Source: Amoebophrya sp. A120 (Eukaryota > Protista > Dinoflagellata). From it: a DNA stretch of 64,000 nt. The notes under the pieces are model-generated. The model did not search any database and had not been told where the DNA came from. It was given only the letters and a program-made list of their open reading frames with translations. The position numbers and the translations under genes are program-made. Below, piece after piece: positions 61,601-64,000 of the stretch (position 1 is its first letter; each line of letters starts with the position of its first letter). The stretch lies in assembly GCA_905178155.1 (NCBI GenBank), contig CAJINV010000004.1, forward strand, positions 3,319,320 through 3,383,319. The letters are read 5' to 3'.

Positions 61601-62263
61601 CATTCGCGGGGGTCCCGACGAGGATGACATCTCGGTCCGGATTTTTCTCCGCCAAAGGCCCAACCGCGATGTCCGTATATGCAGTGCAAAAGTATCGTAT
61701 TCGTAATCGTATAAATGCATTACAGATTTCCTCAGCATGAGAAATAAAATTTGTAATGCTGATTTACCTTCAGAAAAAGATTTGTAATGCATGGCTGCAA
61801 TACGAGGACGATGCTTTCGCACAGCATACCGTAATCTTCTTGTTGATGTTCAGGTACTGCTGGTTGGCTGGGCTATCAAGTGCAAAGATGTCTGAATCTG
61901 GAAGAGTGCATGTTTGTGATGCTTGTCTGGCATGACTCTTAAATCTGTCATGCACATTACCCAAGAGCTCCATTTTTCTGCCATGCAGAAACGTACTTTG
62001 TCAACATGCAGAATAGGCAACACCTAGAAGCGCAGAAACATGTCATGCTGAGCCACCACTTGTGGCCTCATCATGATACACCGCCCACCATCACAAGTTT
62101 CCAGACCCAGACATCTTTGCAACGCATATGGGCTGTGGATCAGCACTTTCCCGGCCGAGGTCGCGGCGGCCAGGTAGGTAGTGTCGCTGTTGGACTTCCC
62201 GAGGACGCAGAGCCCATCGAACACCTGGTTCTTCAGCGAGAACTGAAAGGTGGAAGTTAACAT
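55611..62263 (-). CDS. BBS2: Bardet-Biedl syndrome 2 protein (BBSome subunit), 13 introners plus several GT-AG introns
   Basis: [127 protein letters not shown]. Confidence 0.95.
55690..56019. mobile_element. Introner family F
   Basis: Family F TIRs; TSD gcacg. Confidence 0.92.
56253..56526. mobile_element. Introner family C
   Basis: Family C-like TIRs; TSD ggttc. Confidence 0.9.
56577..56901. mobile_element. Introner family F
   Basis: Family F TIRs; TSD cgttg. Confidence 0.92.
56937..57081. mobile_element. Introner family B
   Basis: Family B TIRs; TSD tggtg. Confidence 0.92.
57176..57471. mobile_element. Decayed family A element lacking its left TIR, inside GT-AG intron 57137-57499
   Basis: Body resembles 9638-9945; right end ctgacgcttccata; tcata at 57171-57175 and 57472-57476. 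Confidence 0.75.
57542..57751. mobile_element. Introner family D
   Basis: Family D TIRs; TSD gccaa. Confidence 0.92.
57794..58031. mobile_element. Introner family E
   Basis: Starts TGT; family E TIRs; TSD gctcg. Confidence 0.9.
58145..58297. mobile_element. Introner family B
   Basis: Family B TIRs; TSD ggttc. Confidence 0.92.
58353..58561. mobile_element. Introner family D
   Basis: Family D TIRs; TSD gcggt/gcagt. Confidence 0.9.
58643..58981. mobile_element. Introner family G
   Basis: Perfect 16-bp TIR tatcctgtgcaaaaac; distinct body; TSD agaac. Confidence 0.9.
59228..59521. mobile_element. Introner family E
   Basis: Family E TIRs; TSD ccgca. Confidence 0.92.
61258..61407. mobile_element. 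Introner family B
   Basis: Family B TIRs; TSD catcg/cgtcg. Confidence 0.92.
61678..61828. mobile_element. Introner family B
   Basis: Family B TIRs; TSD ccgta. Confidence 0.92.
61874..62128. mobile_element. Introner family C
   Basis: Family C TIRs; TSD tgggc. Confidence 0.92.
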
Positions 62264-63835
62264 CCTGTTCGTCGCAAGGCGGGGTCGGTGTAAGTCTAAG
62301 AAGTACTTGTTCTTCTACCTAGAAGGCTTCAGGCTCCTCGTGTAGGTACTTAGTTCTCCTCGGACCACTGGTATGGTAGCTTTTGTGTGCTCCTGCTTGA
62401 GCACAGGAGACCACACGCTCCAGTTTTTCTCCACTCGTCGTTCTGTGCGGTAAAAGGAGCTGTCTGTGGTACGTCTAAGTAGTTCTTGAAAAGCTATTGA
62501 AAACTGCGAAGCCGGAACGCCAACGCGCGATTCGGTCTTATTTCCCACAGAATCGCCACGGAGCAACACGTTGTCAACCGGGTACGTGTAAAATACGTTG
62601 TGGTTGTCGTGGCCGACTTACTTACTACATCACGTTCGAAATACTTCAACTTCTTCACGACGGCATGAAGGTGCTGTTTGCTGCGGTCTCTCTCGGTCCT
62701 TTCATCCGACAGGCTTGTTCCGTGGTATCTTCAACTCCCGCCCTTTTTCGCGATAATTGTACGCCAGCTGGTGAGTCCGTGCCATTGGCGCGTGTTTCAG
62801 TTTGGTGTTTGATAAGTGCTCCATCTCAAAACGAAAACACCGAAGATAAAGATTCATGTATTTTCCGCGCATACAATAGTTCTCAGAAACTCCTCCTTTT
62901 ATCTCCCGCTCCGTACACCCTTGCCGCAGGTCCAGATGCACTCTGGTGTTGTAAAAACCAGTTCACTAGTAGTAACTCGCGTTGTGGCTTGCTGAGCCAG
63001 CGGCCGAAGTGATTCTTGGCTTTCCTAAGCTCATTCTATCTTCCTTGGTTGCTGCTCCGAAAAGTCAAAAAAGCACCGAAGTCATTTGCGGCAAGGAAGA
63101 GCAACCTTCCTGCCCGTCTTCACTTATACGAATGCAGTAAAAACACCATTCATAGAAGAACAGGTGCTACCAGCTTTGTTCGTTCATCTCCCGAAGCTTT
63201 GATACGGATTGGAGCGATTCTGCACCTCCTGGATAGGAGAAGCGGAAGCAGAAGCCCACCAGTCGTGTCCGCAAGTGTGAACTTTGAATTTTTTGCTTTA
63301 TTGTTCCATAGTAGATACATTGCATTTTTTTTCCAAAAGCACCTTATCCACAACAATTTTTCATCGCACCGCCGCGGAGAAAATGGATATAATTCGATTA
63401 CGTCGGACAGTCATCTTCATGATTGTGATTCACCATCGCAGTGACCACAGTCAGAGCACCCTCCAAACGCTCCACTAACATGGCTCTAGTAGTAATTTGT
63501 GTGGCATCTGTGCTCCTGTCTCCCCGCAAACTTGTTCCCCCTCGAATTTTTCCATCCCCCCAACGGCGCGGATGTGTCAAATTATGTCAACAACGATTTC
63601 AAACTAAGAATCTTCACGGAAGATAATCTACTCTTCCCAGTTCTGTTGAATGTAATAAGCAATAAACTTCAGTTTTTTTCGGTCTATCCACTTTGCTAGG
63701 TTAGTTGAATGTAATAAGCAATAAAGTAGTGTTTTTTCGAGGAATCGAGCATCCTGTAATAGGGTAAGTACAACCAGGCCTATTGCAGCAGGAATCATCA
63801 AGCATGGAATCTAGTGATATAATAGCTGCTATCGC

Positions 63836-63908
63836 CTAGTCATCCTCCTCCTCTTCCGCACCGTCCCCGATGCTGAGGAAGAAGTTCAGCTCCACGTTTT
63901 GGGCCTCA
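63836..63908 (-). CDS. Last exon of a gene continuing beyond the right edge
   Basis: ..EAQNVELNFFLSIGDGAEEEEDD* directly adjacent to an introner. Confidence 0.55.
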
Positions 63909-64000
63909 TATGCATTGCAAATATGTCTGGGTCTGGAAGCGTTGGAACTTGTGATGCAAACTCTGGAACACAAAAAAATTTGTGTTGCATGAGCGGCAAA
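63909..64000. mobile_element. Introner family C, truncated by the window edge
   Basis: tatgcattgcaaatatgtctgggtctggaag. Confidence 0.85.

Noticed and set aside
55611-62263. Pseudogene or alternative genetic code explanation for fragmented ORFs
   Set aside because: Frames are restored by removing elements and introns; the exons checked have no internal stops under the standard code
63645-63725. 22-bp direct repeat gttgaatgtaataagcaataaa
   Set aside because: Ordinary local duplication in 3' flanking DNA
9194-63999. Recurrent short ORF peptides (YEYDTFA, CKSIVLV, PDPDIF, MSGSG, GVSGLKS) as a protein family
   Set aside because: They are translations of introner ends in various frames, broken by stops

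Overview
Eukaryotic, gene-dense DNA, most likely from the parasitic syndinian dinoflagellate Amoebophrya (A120-like; inferred from intron architecture, not from a database hit). About 17 protein genes are visible and all lie on the minus strand. They include BBS2, an ARPC1-like WD40 protein, a transportin-3/importin-13-like karyopherin, a MORN-repeat protein, a PUB+RING-H2 protein, a metallophosphoesterase, an FkbM-like methyltransferase, an LRR protein and an EF-hand protein. The dominant feature is about 55 short (109-340 bp) elements from about 8 families. Nearly all have terminal inverted repeats TAT...ATA, a 5-bp direct repeat (TSD) and several copies of a shared TTGT(C/A/G)ATGC motif. 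Nearly all interrupt coding sequence, and removing element plus one TSD restores the reading frame without GT-AG ends, so they are non-canonical introner introns. The class is published for Amoebophrya but, to my knowledge, its excision mechanism is unresolved. This window holds informative natural cases: two introners separated by a zero-length exon, a 1-6 nt micro-exon, orientation-independent copies, an introner swollen to 1.75 kb, a half-deleted copy inside a GT-AG intron, and apparent conversion to canonical introns. Also present are a 1.27-kb foldback element and two insertions flanked by long duplications. Coordinates were counted by hand, and the ends of multi-exon genes are approximate.
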